DNA from: Anaerolineae bacterium
GTDB taxonomy: Bacteria > Chloroflexota > Anaerolineae > UBA1429
Assembly: GCA_040766725.1 (NCBI GenBank)
Contig: JAXGPZ010000001.1
Location: forward strand, 3,231,086 to 3,295,085
Direction of reading: 5' to 3'
DNA length: 64,000 nucleotides
Part shown: piece by piece, positions 37,256 through 46,877 of the stretch
Position numbering within the stretch: the stretch's first letter is position 1
Layout: each line of letters begins with the position of its first letter
Position numbers and translations under genes: made by a program
Notes under the pieces: model-generated
Seen by the model: only the letters and a program-made list of their open reading frames with translations
Databases searched by the model: none
What the model was told of the DNA's origin: nothing

Positions 37256-38011
37256 GTGAACCACTTTGCGGTCGAGGTCGAGCAGGTCAGCAAGCTGTTT
37301 CGGGTAGATGGGCGCGTCGTCCACGCGCTCGATGACGTGACCCTGCACGCGGCTGAGGGCGAGTTCGTCTCACTGGTGGGGCCAAGCGGTTGCGGCAAGA
37401 GCACGCTGCTCAACCTGATCTGTGGCCTGATGGAGCCCGATAGCGGCTCTATCAGGCTGCAGGGCGATGCGCTGCCGCGCCTGGGCCGCGTGGGGTTGAT
37501 GCCGCAGCAAGACCTGCTGATGCCCTGGCGGCGGGTGATGGATAACCTGCTGCTCGGCCCCGAGATCCAGCGCCGCGATCGCACCGAGGCCCTGCAAGAG
37601 GCCCTGGCGCTGTTGCCTCTATTCGGGCTGCAGGGGTTTGAGGAGAGCTATCCTTCGCAGCTCTCGGGGGGCATGCGCCAACGGGCCGCCCTGCTGCGCA
37701 CCATGCTCACCCACCCCACCGTGCTGGCGCTCGACGAGCCCTTTGGCGCTCTCGACGCCCTCACGCGCCGCAGCATGCGAGACTGGCTGCTGCAGGTGTG
37801 GGAGCGGTTCGGGCAGACGGTGCTCTTTGTGACCCATGACGTCGACGAGGCCATCTACCTGTCCGAACGTGTGCTGGTCATGTCGCCCCGACCAGGCACC
37901 ATCGCCCTTGCGCTGGACGTGCCCCTGCCGCGGCCGCGTGAGCAGACACAACTGGATACGCCCGAGGCGGCAGGCATCCGTCAGCGCCTGTTGACAGCGC
38001 TGGGGCTGTGA
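37256..38011 (+). CDS. ABC ATP-binding protein (ThiZ/TauB-like)
   Basis: GPSGCGKST, LSGGMRQR, LDEPFGALD, VTHD. Confidence 0.92.
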   Translation: MNHFAVEVEQVSKLFRVDGRVVHALDDVTLHAAEGEFVSLVGPSGCGKSTLLNLICGLMEPDSGSIRLQGDALPRLGRVGLMPQQDLLMPWRRVMDNLLLGPEIQRRDRTEALQEALALLPLFGLQGFEESYPSQLSGGMRQRAALLRTMLTHPTVLALDEPFGALDALTRRSMRDWLLQVWERFGQTVLFVTHDVDEAIYLSERVLVMSPRPGTIALALDVPLPRPREQTQLDTPEAAGIRQRLLTALGL

Positions 38012-38493
38012 TGGGTGCACAGTTCGCCATCACCAAGCTTGACTATGAGGGGCGCGAGCGGCTGACCTATGAGGGCGAGTGCGTCTATGCCGACGCGCAG
38101 GTGGTGGTGGTGCGCTGCCTGTGGCAGGCGCCCAAGCCGTTTGCCATCGGCTCCTTTGTGCTCGAGGCAGGCGACCTGTTCATGGAGCACTACTACCGGG
38201 GCGAGCCGTTCAACATCATGGCGGTGTACAGCCCCGATGGCCGCTTCAAGGGCCTCTACTGCAACATCACCGCGCCTGCCGAGATCGCCGACGCCACCAT
38301 CCGTTGGCGCGACTGGCTGCTGGACCTGCTGGTGCTGCCCGAAGGCGCGGCCATTGAGCTGGACCGCGACGAGCTCGAGGCGCTGCCCGCCGGCGACCCG
38401 CTGCGCACCGCAGCCAACAGCGCCATGCAGCGCCTGCGCGCCTGGCTGGGAACACACCGTTGGCCGCTGGACAGCAGGGGCCTCATTCCATAG
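38011..38493 (+). CDS. DUF402 family protein (nucleotide phosphatase-like)
   Basis: FNI..VY..DG.FKG.YCNI, W.D..LD...LPEG...LD.DE; TGATG coupling to the upstream gene. Confidence 0.75.
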   Translation: MGAQFAITKLDYEGRERLTYEGECVYADAQVVVVRCLWQAPKPFAIGSFVLEAGDLFMEHYYRGEPFNIMAVYSPDGRFKGLYCNITAPAEIADATIRWRDWLLDLLVLPEGAAIELDRDELEALPAGDPLRTAANSAMQRLRAWLGTHRWPLDSRGLIP

Positions 38494-38502
38494 AATGGCC
38501 CC

Positions 38503-39120
38503 ATGCCGACGCCACCCTACAGCGCCCCACGCAGCCGCTATCTGCTCATGGTCCGCCTGCCGCGCGCTGTGGAGGTGCGCATCGAGGACCGCTTCTTGCC
38601 GAGCATCGGCGCCACGCGCCCGGCCATGGGCTATCATGTCTCTATCGTGGGGCCGTTCTACTGGGCCGTTGACGACCAGCAAGCCCCTCTGGCCCGCCTG
38701 CGACACGCCTGTGCCCATGCCAGGCCACTGTTGCTGAGGATACGCGGCATCGACGTCTTTGAGAACGCGCCCGATGATTGCGGCGTGTTTCTGGGCGTCG
38801 GGCCGGTGCGCCCCCTGCAGGCGCTGCGTCAGCAGTTGCTCATGGCGCTCGGCGAGGCCATCACGCCGCAGTACCAGCGTAGCGGGCCATTTCGCCCCCA
38901 CGTGACCATCGGCCTCAACCTGCCTTCGCAGGTAGGGCGGACGTTGCTGCAGAGCGGCAGGGCGCCTTTCCGAGCGCATTTCGAGGCGCGCGAGATCTGG
39001 CTGCTGGAGCAGCGCCCTCAGAATCCCTGGCGCCCCTTGCTGGCCTTTGGCCTGGGCCTCGCCGCCGATGGCAGCACGCCGGCGCCCCGCGAGCTGGGCA
39101 GGGAAGAGACCGACGGCTAG
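38503..39120 (+). CDS. 2H phosphoesterase / 2'-5' RNA ligase family
   Basis: Two Hx(S/T) motifs: YHVSI and PHVTI. Confidence 0.75.
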   Translation: MPTPPYSAPRSRYLLMVRLPRAVEVRIEDRFLPSIGATRPAMGYHVSIVGPFYWAVDDQQAPLARLRHACAHARPLLLRIRGIDVFENAPDDCGVFLGVGPVRPLQALRQQLLMALGEAITPQYQRSGPFRPHVTIGLNLPSQVGRTLLQSGRAPFRAHFEAREIWLLEQRPQNPWRPLLAFGLGLAADGSTPAPRELGREETDG

Positions 39121-40511
39121 ATGTCGAACGCCTGGCCCTCTTCAGGGATGTGCGTACTGCGCACGCCCAGGCCATCGAGCCCGCTGGCCACGGCCTGGCA
39201 GGCCTCGAGATCGCCATGGACTGCAAAGGCCTTTTGGATGTTGCGCGGCTCCAGGCGTCGCATGTAGCCTAACAGCTCCTTCTCGTCGGCGTGGGCGCTA
39301 TAGCCGTCGATCGACTCGATGTGCGCCTGCACCCTATAGCGCCCGCCGAGGATCGGCACCTCTTCGGCGCCATCCAGAATGCGCCGCCCCAGGGTGTGCT
39401 CGGCCTGAAAGCCCACGAATAGGATGGTGTTGCGCGGCGATTCGATGTTGTTCTTGAGATGGTGCAGGATGCGGCCCGCCTCGCACATGCCCGAGGCGCT
39501 GATGATCACCGCCGGCCCCTCGAGAGAGTTGAGCTGCTTGCTCTCCTCGACCCACCGCGTGTAGTGCAGCCGTCCAAAGCCGAACGGGTCGCGCACCTCT
39601 TGCATAAAGTCGCGCGTCTCGCGGTCATAGCAGTCGGGGTGCAGACGAAAGATCTCGGTGACGTCGATGGCCAGGGGCGAGTCGACAAAGATGGGCACAT
39701 CGGGGATGGCGCTGCTGTTGGTCAGGCGATGCAGCCCATAGACGATCTCTTGCGTGCGGCCCACAGCAAAGGCAGGGATGATGACCTTGCCGCCCCGCTC
39801 CACCGTCTCGTTGATCACCCGCATCAGCTTGGCCTCGGCGTTCTGCGGCGTATCGTGCTGGCGCCCGCCATAGGTGCTCTCGGTGATGAGATAGTCGACG
39901 CCGGGCACCACCTGCGGGTCTCGCAAGATGGGCAGGTCGACACGGCCGACGTCGCCGGTGAACATGAGGCGGTAGGCGCGGCCATCCTCTTGCACGTCGA
40001 GCGCCACAAAGGCCGCGCCCAAGATGTGCCCGGCGTCATAGAAGGTCAGGCCCACTCCCGGGCTGATCGGCAGGCGGCGCTCGTAGCCCACGGACACAAA
40101 ATGGCTGAGGCTGCGGGTGGCGTCCTGCTGGGTGTAGATCGGCTGGATGGCGTCGTCGCCGCGCAGGCCCTGCTTGCGGTTGAGGTAGGTGGCGTCTGAT
40201 TCCATGATGTGGGCGCAGTCTCGCAGCATGCTGCTGCACAGGTCTCGGGTGGCGTGGGTGGCATAGATAGGCCCCTGGAACCCCGAGCGCACCAGGTTGG
40301 GGATGTTGCCACTGTGGTCGATGTGTGCATGCGACAGCACCATGGCATCCACATGGCGCACGTCAAAGGGCAGCTCGCGGTTGCGTCTGTACGCTTCGGC
40401 GCGGTGGCCTTGATAGAGGCCGCATTCCAGCAGAATGCGTTTGCCGTTGACCTCTAGCAGGTGCATCGAACCGGTAACCGTGCGTGCTGCGCCATAGAAG
40501 TGTATCTTCAT
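39117..40511 (-). CDS. MBL-fold beta-CASP ribonuclease (YSH1-like)
   Basis: SHAHIDHSG, AGHILG, ESTYG, PAFAVGRTQE, SGMCEAGRILHH, SAHAD. Confidence 0.9.
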   Translation of the reverse strand: MKIHFYGAARTVTGSMHLLEVNGKRILLECGLYQGHRAEAYRRNRELPFDVRHVDAMVLSHAHIDHSGNIPNLVRSGFQGPIYATHATRDLCSSMLRDCAHIMESDATYLNRKQGLRGDDAIQPIYTQQDATRSLSHFVSVGYERRLPISPGVGLTFYDAGHILGAAFVALDVQEDGRAYRLMFTGDVGRVDLPILRDPQVVPGVDYLITESTYGGRQHDTPQNAEAKLMRVINETVERGGKVIIPAFAVGRTQEIVYGLHRLTNSSAIPDVPIFVDSPLAIDVTEIFRLHPDCYDRETRDFMQEVRDPFGFGRLHYTRWVEESKQLNSLEGPAVIISASGMCEAGRILHHLKNNIESPRNTILFVGFQAEHTLGRRILDGAEEVPILGGRYRVQAHIESIDGYSAHADEKELLGYMRRLEPRNIQKAFAVHGDLEACQAVASGLDGLGVRSTHIPEEGQAFDI

Positions 40512-40655
40512 GACAACCTCGCCTGCTGGATGGGGTCATTATCGACCCGGCGCGCCTGGCGTCAAGCCAGAGATTACCCAATCCGCGCCGTTTCGCGTAT
40601 CCTCTGATCTTGAGTGGGTTTATGCACAGTGTGGCAGATGGGCCTTAGGGGGTGA

Positions 40656-41816
40656 ATGGTGGCCGAGAGTATCGTCATCGAGCCGGTCAGCACCAGGAAA
40701 CAACTGCGCGAGTTTGTACTGTTTCCCTTTCAGGTCTACCGCGGCGACCCTAACTGGGTGCCACCCCTCATCAGCGACCGTATGGCGCACTTTGACCCCC
40801 GCCACAATCCTTTCTATCAGCATGCCGCTGTGCAGCTCTTTGTGGCGCGGCGCAACGGCCGCATCGTGGGCACCATCGCCGCCACCGACGATGAGGCGCA
40901 CAAAGCCACCTGGAATGAATCGGTCGGGTTTTGGGGCGCGCTCGAGGTGCTGCCCGACTATGAGGCCGCTGCAGCCCTGTTCGACGCGGCACGCGCCTGG
41001 CTGGCGGCACGGGGCGTCGAGACCATGCGCGGCCCATTCGACCTGAACGTCAACGACGAGATCGGCCTGCTCATCGAAGGCCGTGATAGCCCTCCCGTGG
41101 TCATGATGACCTACTGCCCGGCCTACTATCAAGAGTTCGTCGAGCGGTATGGCATGGTCAAGGCCAAGGATATCCTCGCGTTCAAGACGGCCATCTACGA
41201 GTTTGGGCCCGACGTCAAAGGCCTGCCCGAGCGCCTGGCACGTTTTGCCAGGATCGCCAGTGAGCGTCACCGCGTCACCATGCGCACGATCGATTTCAGC
41301 CGGCTCGACGAAGAGATCGAGCTGGTCAAGCCGATCCACCGCGCTGCCTGGTCCAAGAACTGGGGCGCGGTGCCCATGACCGATGCCGAGTATAGCTACC
41401 TGGCCAACGGGCTCAAGACCATCGCCGACCATGACATGTGCTACCTGGCTTTCATCGACGACAAGCCGGTGGGCGTGTTCGTGGTGCTGCCCGACTATTG
41501 CCAGCCCCTGCGCCATATGAGGGGCCGTATGCTGCCTCTGGGCTGGATCAAGTTCCTCTGGCACCGTCGCAAGATCGATGGCATTCGCGTGCTGATCATG
41601 GGCGTGCTCGAGGAGCACCGTCTGAAGGGCATCGAGGCTCTCTTTTACAAGGCCGCCTGTGAAGAAGCGGCTCGCAAGGGCTATGGATGGGCCGAGATGT
41701 CCTGGATCCTCGAGGACAACTACAAGGTGATCCGAGGCATCGAGGGCATGGGAGGCGAGGTGTACAAACGCTACCGCATCTATGACGTGCCCACGAGAGG
41801 AGAGCATGACGCCTAG
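40656..41816 (+). CDS. Tandem-GNAT acyltransferase (YghO / bacterial ceramide synthase-like family)
   Basis: DPNWVPPL, NPF, GP..LNVNDEIGLL.EG, W..NWG.VP, EMSWILEDN. Confidence 0.7.
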   Translation: MVAESIVIEPVSTRKQLREFVLFPFQVYRGDPNWVPPLISDRMAHFDPRHNPFYQHAAVQLFVARRNGRIVGTIAATDDEAHKATWNESVGFWGALEVLPDYEAAAALFDAARAWLAARGVETMRGPFDLNVNDEIGLLIEGRDSPPVVMMTYCPAYYQEFVERYGMVKAKDILAFKTAIYEFGPDVKGLPERLARFARIASERHRVTMRTIDFSRLDEEIELVKPIHRAAWSKNWGAVPMTDAEYSYLANGLKTIADHDMCYLAFIDDKPVGVFVVLPDYCQPLRHMRGRMLPLGWIKFLWHRRKIDGIRVLIMGVLEEHRLKGIEALFYKAACEEAARKGYGWAEMSWILEDNYKVIRGIEGMGGEVYKRYRIYDVPTRGEHDA

Positions 41817-42663
41817 CTCCAGACCGATACGCATCGTCACCGATAGTGCCAGCGACATTCCGCGAGATATTGCCAGGCGCCTGCAGGTCACCGTGGTGCC
41901 CATGGCCATCTCGTTCGGCGAACAGACTTTTAGCGATCAAGAGCTGACCCCCGACGATTTCTGGCGGCGCGCCCATGGCGCCGCGCCCCCCAAGACCTCA
42001 CAGCCACCCACCGGCGCCTTTATTGCGGTCTTTGAGGAGTTGATCGACGCAGGCTTTGACGTGATCTGCATCACCCTCACCAGCGTCCACTCGGGCACCT
42101 ACAACTCGGCTTGGAGCGCTGCCAGCCGCTTTGCCGGGCAGGTCACGGTGCTCGACTCGCGCTCGATCTCGCTGGCGATGGGCTGGCAGGTGATGCGAGC
42201 CGCCGAAATGGCGCTGGCAGGCGCCTCGCGCGAGGAGATCGTTGCCATGGTTATGTCGATGCGGTCGAGGATGCGCCTGTTTGTGCAACTCGACTCGATC
42301 GAGTTCATCCGCCGCGGCGGGCGGTTGAACATGGTGATGCCGGCCATCGACCGCATGGTGCGCGCGCTCAACATCAAGCCGATCCTGAACATGGCTGAGG
42401 GGCAGCTGCGCCTGTTGGGGGCGGCAAGGTCCACCGGCAAAGGTCTGGCTCGCATGGCGTCAGAGCTGAGCGCTCTCGGGGCCCTGGAGATGGTGCAGGT
42501 CATGCACATCCGGGCCGCCAAGGCGGCCGCTGCACTGGTCACCGAGATCATCACCGCCACCCAGATGACCATCGACCGCATCAGCGTGGGCGAGGCAGGC
42601 CAGGTGCTGGCGTGCCACGGCGGCGAGGGCGTGGTGGGCGTGATGGCGCTGATCGCAGGCTAG
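41806..42663 (+). CDS. DegV family fatty-acid-binding protein (FakB-like)
   Basis: IVTDSASDIP, KTSQP, SGTYNSA, DSRSIS, IKPIL, HGG.G; overlaps the GNAT stop. Confidence 0.9.
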   Translation: MTPSSRPIRIVTDSASDIPRDIARRLQVTVVPMAISFGEQTFSDQELTPDDFWRRAHGAAPPKTSQPPTGAFIAVFEELIDAGFDVICITLTSVHSGTYNSAWSAASRFAGQVTVLDSRSISLAMGWQVMRAAEMALAGASREEIVAMVMSMRSRMRLFVQLDSIEFIRRGGRLNMVMPAIDRMVRALNIKPILNMAEGQLRLLGAARSTGKGLARMASELSALGALEMVQVMHIRAAKAAAALVTEIITATQMTIDRISVGEAGQVLACHGGEGVVGVMALIAG

Positions 42664-42675
42664 GCGCGCCGGGCT

Positions 42676-45120
42676 CTAGCGAAAGATCCTGACGCGCCGC
42701 AACAGGTTGGCGTTGGTCACCACCGTGATAGAGCTGCTGGCCATGGCCACCTCGGCCAGCGCCGGGTGCATCAGCCCCAGCATGGCCAGCGGCAGCATCA
42801 CCAGGTTGTAGAAGAACGCCCAGAAGAGGTTCTGCTTGATCTTGCGGAAGGTGGCCCGCGAGAGCCGCACCGCATCCACCAGCGCCCACAGGTCACTGCG
42901 CACCAGAGTGACGTCGGCAGCCTCGATGGCGATATCGGTGCCGGTGCCCACTGCCACGCCCACCGCGGCCGCCGTCAGGGCGGGCGCATCGTTGATGCCG
43001 TCGCCCACCATGATGGTGGCCCCCCGCTCGGCCTGCAGCCGCTCCACCTCGGCCACCTTGCCCGCGGGCAGCACCCCTGCCAGCACATGGTCGATGCCGG
43101 CCTGCCTGGCGATGGCCGCCGCCGTGCGCTCGTTGTCGCCGGTGAGCAGCGTCGTCTGCAGGCCCAGCGAGGCCAGCGCCTGCACCACCTCGCGCGCTTC
43201 GGGCTTGATGGGATCGGCCAGCGCCAGCAGGCCCAGCGCCTGCCCGTCTGCTGCCACGTGCACCACCGTCATGGCCTGCGCCTCGAGTTCATCGGCGCTG
43301 GCCTCCAGCAGCGAGGTGTCGACGCCCACCTCTTGCAGCCAGCGGGCGCTGCCCACCAGCACCTCACGGCCCTCTACGCGGCCCCGCATGCCACGGCCTC
43401 GCTCGGCGGTGACCCCGCTTACCTCGGGCACAGTCAGCGCGCGGCGCTCGGCATAGGCCGCCACAGCGCGGCCCAGCGGGTGTTCGCTGCCCCACTCGAC
43501 GGCTGCGGCCAGGCGCACGAGTTCTTCCTGACTGCCTCGCGCAGCCACCACCTGCATCACCTCGGGGCGCCCCAGCGTGAGGGTGCCGGTCTTGTCGAAC
43601 ACCACCTGACGCGCCTGCCCCATCGTCTGGATGGCGGCTCCGTCGCGGATGAGGATGCCGTGCTCGGCGCCCAGGCCGCTGCCCACCATCAGCGCTGTGG
43701 GCGTGGCCAGGCCGAGCGCGCAGGGGCAGGCGATCACCAGCGTGGCGATGGTGGCCACCATCGCCAGCGTCACCGGCGCCAGCCCGGGATCGACCCACGG
43801 CAAGAGACGCTGCGCCCAGGCCAACATCGGCTGCAGGCTCGCGCCGAACAGCAACCAGGCGAGCATCGTCAGCAGCGCCAGCCCCAGGATGACCGGCACA
43901 AAGACGGCCGTCACCCGGTCGGCAAAGGCCTGAATGGGCACCCGGCTGCCCTGGGCCGCCTCGACGAGCTTGACCACCTGCGACAGGAACGTGTCGGCCC
44001 CCACGCGCGTGGCCTGCACCTGCAACAGGCCCTCCTGGTTGAGCGTCGCGCCGATCACAGCGTCACCCACCTGCTTGGCGACCGGTAGCGACTCGCCGGT
44101 GGCCATCGATTCGTCCACGCTGCTCTCGCCCCACACCACCACGGCGTCGGTGGGCAGCTTTTCGCCCGGCCGCACCACCAGCACATCGCCCACCCGCACC
44201 TGCGAGATGGGCACCTCGTACTCCTGGCCATCCACCAGCAGCCGCGCGGTTTTGGCGCCCAGCTGCGCCAGCTTGCGAATGGCCTGCGAGGCCCGCCCCT
44301 TGGCGCTGGCCTCGATGTAACGCCCCGTCAGATGGATGGCCATGATCATGGCCGCGACAGCGCTATAGCTCGACAGCGCTGTGAACAACGACAGCGGGCC
44401 GCTGATCCACGAGGCGGTGGTGCCCACAGCGATGAGCACATCCATGTTGGCGCCGCCATGGGTGATCGACTTGAGGGCCGAGCGGAAGGTGGCGCCGCCA
44501 GGCCAGACCAGCACCGGCAGGGCCAGCAGCGACAGAGCCACCTCGATGGCCGTCATGCTGGGCCACATGAACCCGAACGCCATGTGCGCCAGCATCAGCA
44601 ACATCACCGGCACGGTAAAGACCCAGGCGATCACCATGCGGCGGCGGGCGGCCTGCATCTTGAGGGCGTCCAGGTCTGGCCCCTGGGCGATAAGGTCTTC
44701 TTCGAGGGGCAGCAGCTCATAGCCCGCCCCCGTGATGGCCTGCCGCAGCGTGTCGAGGGTGACCAGCTCGGGCAGATACTCTACGGTGGCACGTTCGGTG
44801 GCCAGGTTGGCCTGGGCGCTCAGCACGCCGTCGACGCGTGAAAGGGCGCGCTCGACGTGGCGCACGCACGCCGCGCAGGTCATGCCGCCGATGGGCAGCG
44901 CCTGCTTGACGGTGCGGACGTCATAGCCTGCATCGCGCACAGCCGCCACCAGGCCGGCGCCAGTGATCACTGTCGGATCATAGGTTACTGCGGCCTGTTC
45001 GGTGGCGATGTTGACGGCGGCGTCGGTTACCCCCGTCGCGCGGCTCAAGCTCCGCTCGACCGTGCGCGAACAGGCGGCGCAGGTCATGCCCAGGACATCG
45101 AGTTGTACGTGGTGCGTCAT
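42676..45120 (-). CDS. copA: Cu(I)-translocating P1B-type ATPase
   Basis: Two GMTCAAC HMA domains, TGES, CPC, DKTGT, GDGIND, YN and M..SS TM ligands. Confidence 0.93.
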   Translation of the reverse strand: MTHHVQLDVLGMTCAACSRTVERSLSRATGVTDAAVNIATEQAAVTYDPTVITGAGLVAAVRDAGYDVRTVKQALPIGGMTCAACVRHVERALSRVDGVLSAQANLATERATVEYLPELVTLDTLRQAITGAGYELLPLEEDLIAQGPDLDALKMQAARRRMVIAWVFTVPVMLLMLAHMAFGFMWPSMTAIEVALSLLALPVLVWPGGATFRSALKSITHGGANMDVLIAVGTTASWISGPLSLFTALSSYSAVAAMIMAIHLTGRYIEASAKGRASQAIRKLAQLGAKTARLLVDGQEYEVPISQVRVGDVLVVRPGEKLPTDAVVVWGESSVDESMATGESLPVAKQVGDAVIGATLNQEGLLQVQATRVGADTFLSQVVKLVEAAQGSRVPIQAFADRVTAVFVPVILGLALLTMLAWLLFGASLQPMLAWAQRLLPWVDPGLAPVTLAMVATIATLVIACPCALGLATPTALMVGSGLGAEHGILIRDGAAIQTMGQARQVVFDKTGTLTLGRPEVMQVVAARGSQEELVRLAAAVEWGSEHPLGRAVAAYAERRALTVPEVSGVTAERGRGMRGRVEGREVLVGSARWLQEVGVDTSLLEASADELEAQAMTVVHVAADGQALGLLALADPIKPEAREVVQALASLGLQTTLLTGDNERTAAAIARQAGIDHVLAGVLPAGKVAEVERLQAERGATIMVGDGINDAPALTAAAVGVAVGTGTDIAIEAADVTLVRSDLWALVDAVRLSRATFRKIKQNLFWAFFYNLVMLPLAMLGLMHPALAEVAMASSSITVVTNANLLRRVRIFR

Positions 45121-45138
45121 GGTCTATTCCTCACTCAC

Positions 45139-45170
45139 ATTCTACAATAGTTGAGTGTATTAGTCAACTA
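45139..45170 (-). promoter_or_regulatory. copA promoter with an overlapping inverted repeat
   Basis: Minus strand TTGACT-N17-TAGAAT; TAGTTGA-N9-TCAACTA (45148-45170) overlaps the -35 and spacer. Confidence 0.6.
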
Positions 45171-45204
45171 AGGAGAGGCGAGCGGAGGCTGGCCGCACAG
45201 AGGC

Positions 45205-45966
45205 TCAGAGGGTGCGCTTGCGTCGGGCGGCCCAGCGATCCCAGGGGAGGCGGGTGAACTTGAGGCGGAAGACGGTGTAGATGGAGCGCCAGATCTCGGC
45301 GCGCGAGATCTTGGAGGCGCCCGCTTCGCGATCGCGAAAGATGATGGGCAGCTCGTCGACCCGAAAGCCATGGCGCTCACAGCGTGTGAGCATCTCAACC
45401 AGGAAAGAGTAGCCGCTGGAAAAGATCGTCTCGAGTTCGATTCTCTCGAGCACCTGGCGGCGGTAGCAGCGAAAGCCAGCGGTGCAGTCGTGGGCCTGCA
45501 GGCCCAACAGGGTGCGCGCAAAGGCGTTGGCGCCGCTGCTGAGGACACGCCGTCTGAGCGGCCAGCCCTCGGTGCCGCCGCCGGGCACATAGCGCGAGCC
45601 GATGGCCAGGTCGCAGCCCGGCATCAGCGCGAGCAGGCCGGGCAGGTAGCGCGGATGGTGCGAAAAGTCGGCGTCCATGGTGATGGCATAGCCATAGCCG
45701 AGCGACAGGGCGCGCTGAAAGCCGGCGATGTAGGCGGTGCCCAGGCCCAGCTTGCCGCTGCGGTGGATGACGGCGACGCGGGGGTCGCGGGCGGCGAGGC
45801 GATCGGCGAGCTCGCCGGTGCCGTCGGGCGAGTTGTCATCGACCACCACCACGTGCAGCGGCGCATCCTGCTGCAGGATCAGCTCAACGAGCCGCTCGAT
45901 GTTCTCGGCCTCGTTGTAGGTGGGCAACACCACGAGCGCGGTGTCAGCGAGGGCTTGGTGCAGCAT
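45205..45966 (-). CDS. Polyprenol-monophosphomannose synthase-like GT2
   Basis: PTYNEAENI, DDNSPDGT, GLGTAYIAGF, MDADFSHHP, GSRYVPGG. Confidence 0.9.
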   Translation of the reverse strand: MLHQALADTALVVLPTYNEAENIERLVELILQQDAPLHVVVVDDNSPDGTGELADRLAARDPRVAVIHRSGKLGLGTAYIAGFQRALSLGYGYAITMDADFSHHPRYLPGLLALMPGCDLAIGSRYVPGGGTEGWPLRRRVLSSGANAFARTLLGLQAHDCTAGFRCYRRQVLERIELETIFSSGYSFLVEMLTRCERHGFRVDELPIIFRDREAGASKISRAEIWRSIYTVFRLKFTRLPWDRWAARRKRTL

Positions 45967-45975
45967 GCTTGGCCT

Positions 45976-46650
45976 CTAGGCAGCGGGCTTCCAGGTGCGG
46001 TAGCGCAGCAGAGCGCGCACGGCCGGCAGGCCATCGCGCCACGGCGAGAGCTTTTTGGCCTCGCGCGGCCAATACGAGATGGGCACCTCGACGATGCGCT
46101 GGCCCATGCGCGCCACTTTGGCGGTGATCTCGGGCTCGAGATCAAAGCGGTTGCATTCCAGATCGAGGCGGCGCGCCACGTCGATGGTCATCACCTTGTA
46201 GCAGGTCTCCATGTCGTGCAGGCGCGTGCCATAGAGCAGATTGGTGAGCCAGGTGAGAAACTGGTTGCCCAGACGCATCATCGGCTTTTGCGACGACAGA
46301 TCGCGCACGCCATAGACCACCTGGGCCTCTCCACGGATGATGGGCGCCAGCAGCGCACCATAGTCGGCGGGATCGTATTCCAGGTCGGCATCCTGGATGA
46401 TGACGGCATCGCCGCTGGCCGCCGCCAGGGCGGTGCGAATGCCGGCGCCCTTGCCCCGGTTGACAGCATGGCGCTCGACGCGCAGGTTGGGCAGGTCGAG
46501 CCTGGCCAGGATCTCGGGCGTGGCGTCGTTGGAGCAGTCGTCCACCACGATGATCTCTTTGTCCACCTCGACGGCGGCCACCCGCCGCAAGATCGTCTCG
46601 AGGCCGTGTTCCTCATTGTAAACGGGCATCAGCACAGAGAGCTTGATCAA
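45976..46650 (-). CDS. GT2 glycosyltransferase (DPM-synthase-like)
   Basis: PVYNE, VDDCSND, NRGKGA, IQDADLEYDP, DMETCYK, FDLEPEITAK; TTG start. Confidence 0.9.
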   Translation of the reverse strand: MIKLSVLMPVYNEEHGLETILRRVAAVEVDKEIIVVDDCSNDATPEILARLDLPNLRVERHAVNRGKGAGIRTALAAASGDAVIIQDADLEYDPADYGALLAPIIRGEAQVVYGVRDLSSQKPMMRLGNQFLTWLTNLLYGTRLHDMETCYKVMTIDVARRLDLECNRFDLEPEITAKVARMGQRIVEVPISYWPREAKKLSPWRDGLPAVRALLRYRTWKPAA

Positions 46651-46699
46651 GTCGCGTGTCCTTTGGCCAAACCGTACTACATGCTCAGAGGCCTGACGA

Positions 46700-46765
46700 T
46701 CCCCAGGATCGTTTCGATCCTCAGGACCGCGCCGGTCCTCAGGACCGCGCCGGTCCTCAGGACCG
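46700..46765. repeat. 18-bp tandem repeat (TCCTCAGGACCGCGCCGG)
   Basis: Two exact units 46718-46753, a 12-nt partial unit to 46765, and a degenerate unit 46700-46717. Confidence 0.85.
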
Positions 46766-46877
46766 GGGCCATGATAGACGCTACGCTGCCAGGTGTCAAA
46801 GCCCGGGCGCTTTGTCGTACCGAGGGCCCGATGCTAGACTGGTGTAGGCGACGCGCGCATCGGCGTCAGGAGGGCAT

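Noticed and set aside
46700-46765. CRISPR array
   Set aside because: Repeats are contiguous with no spacers, only 18 bp long, and there are no cas genes.
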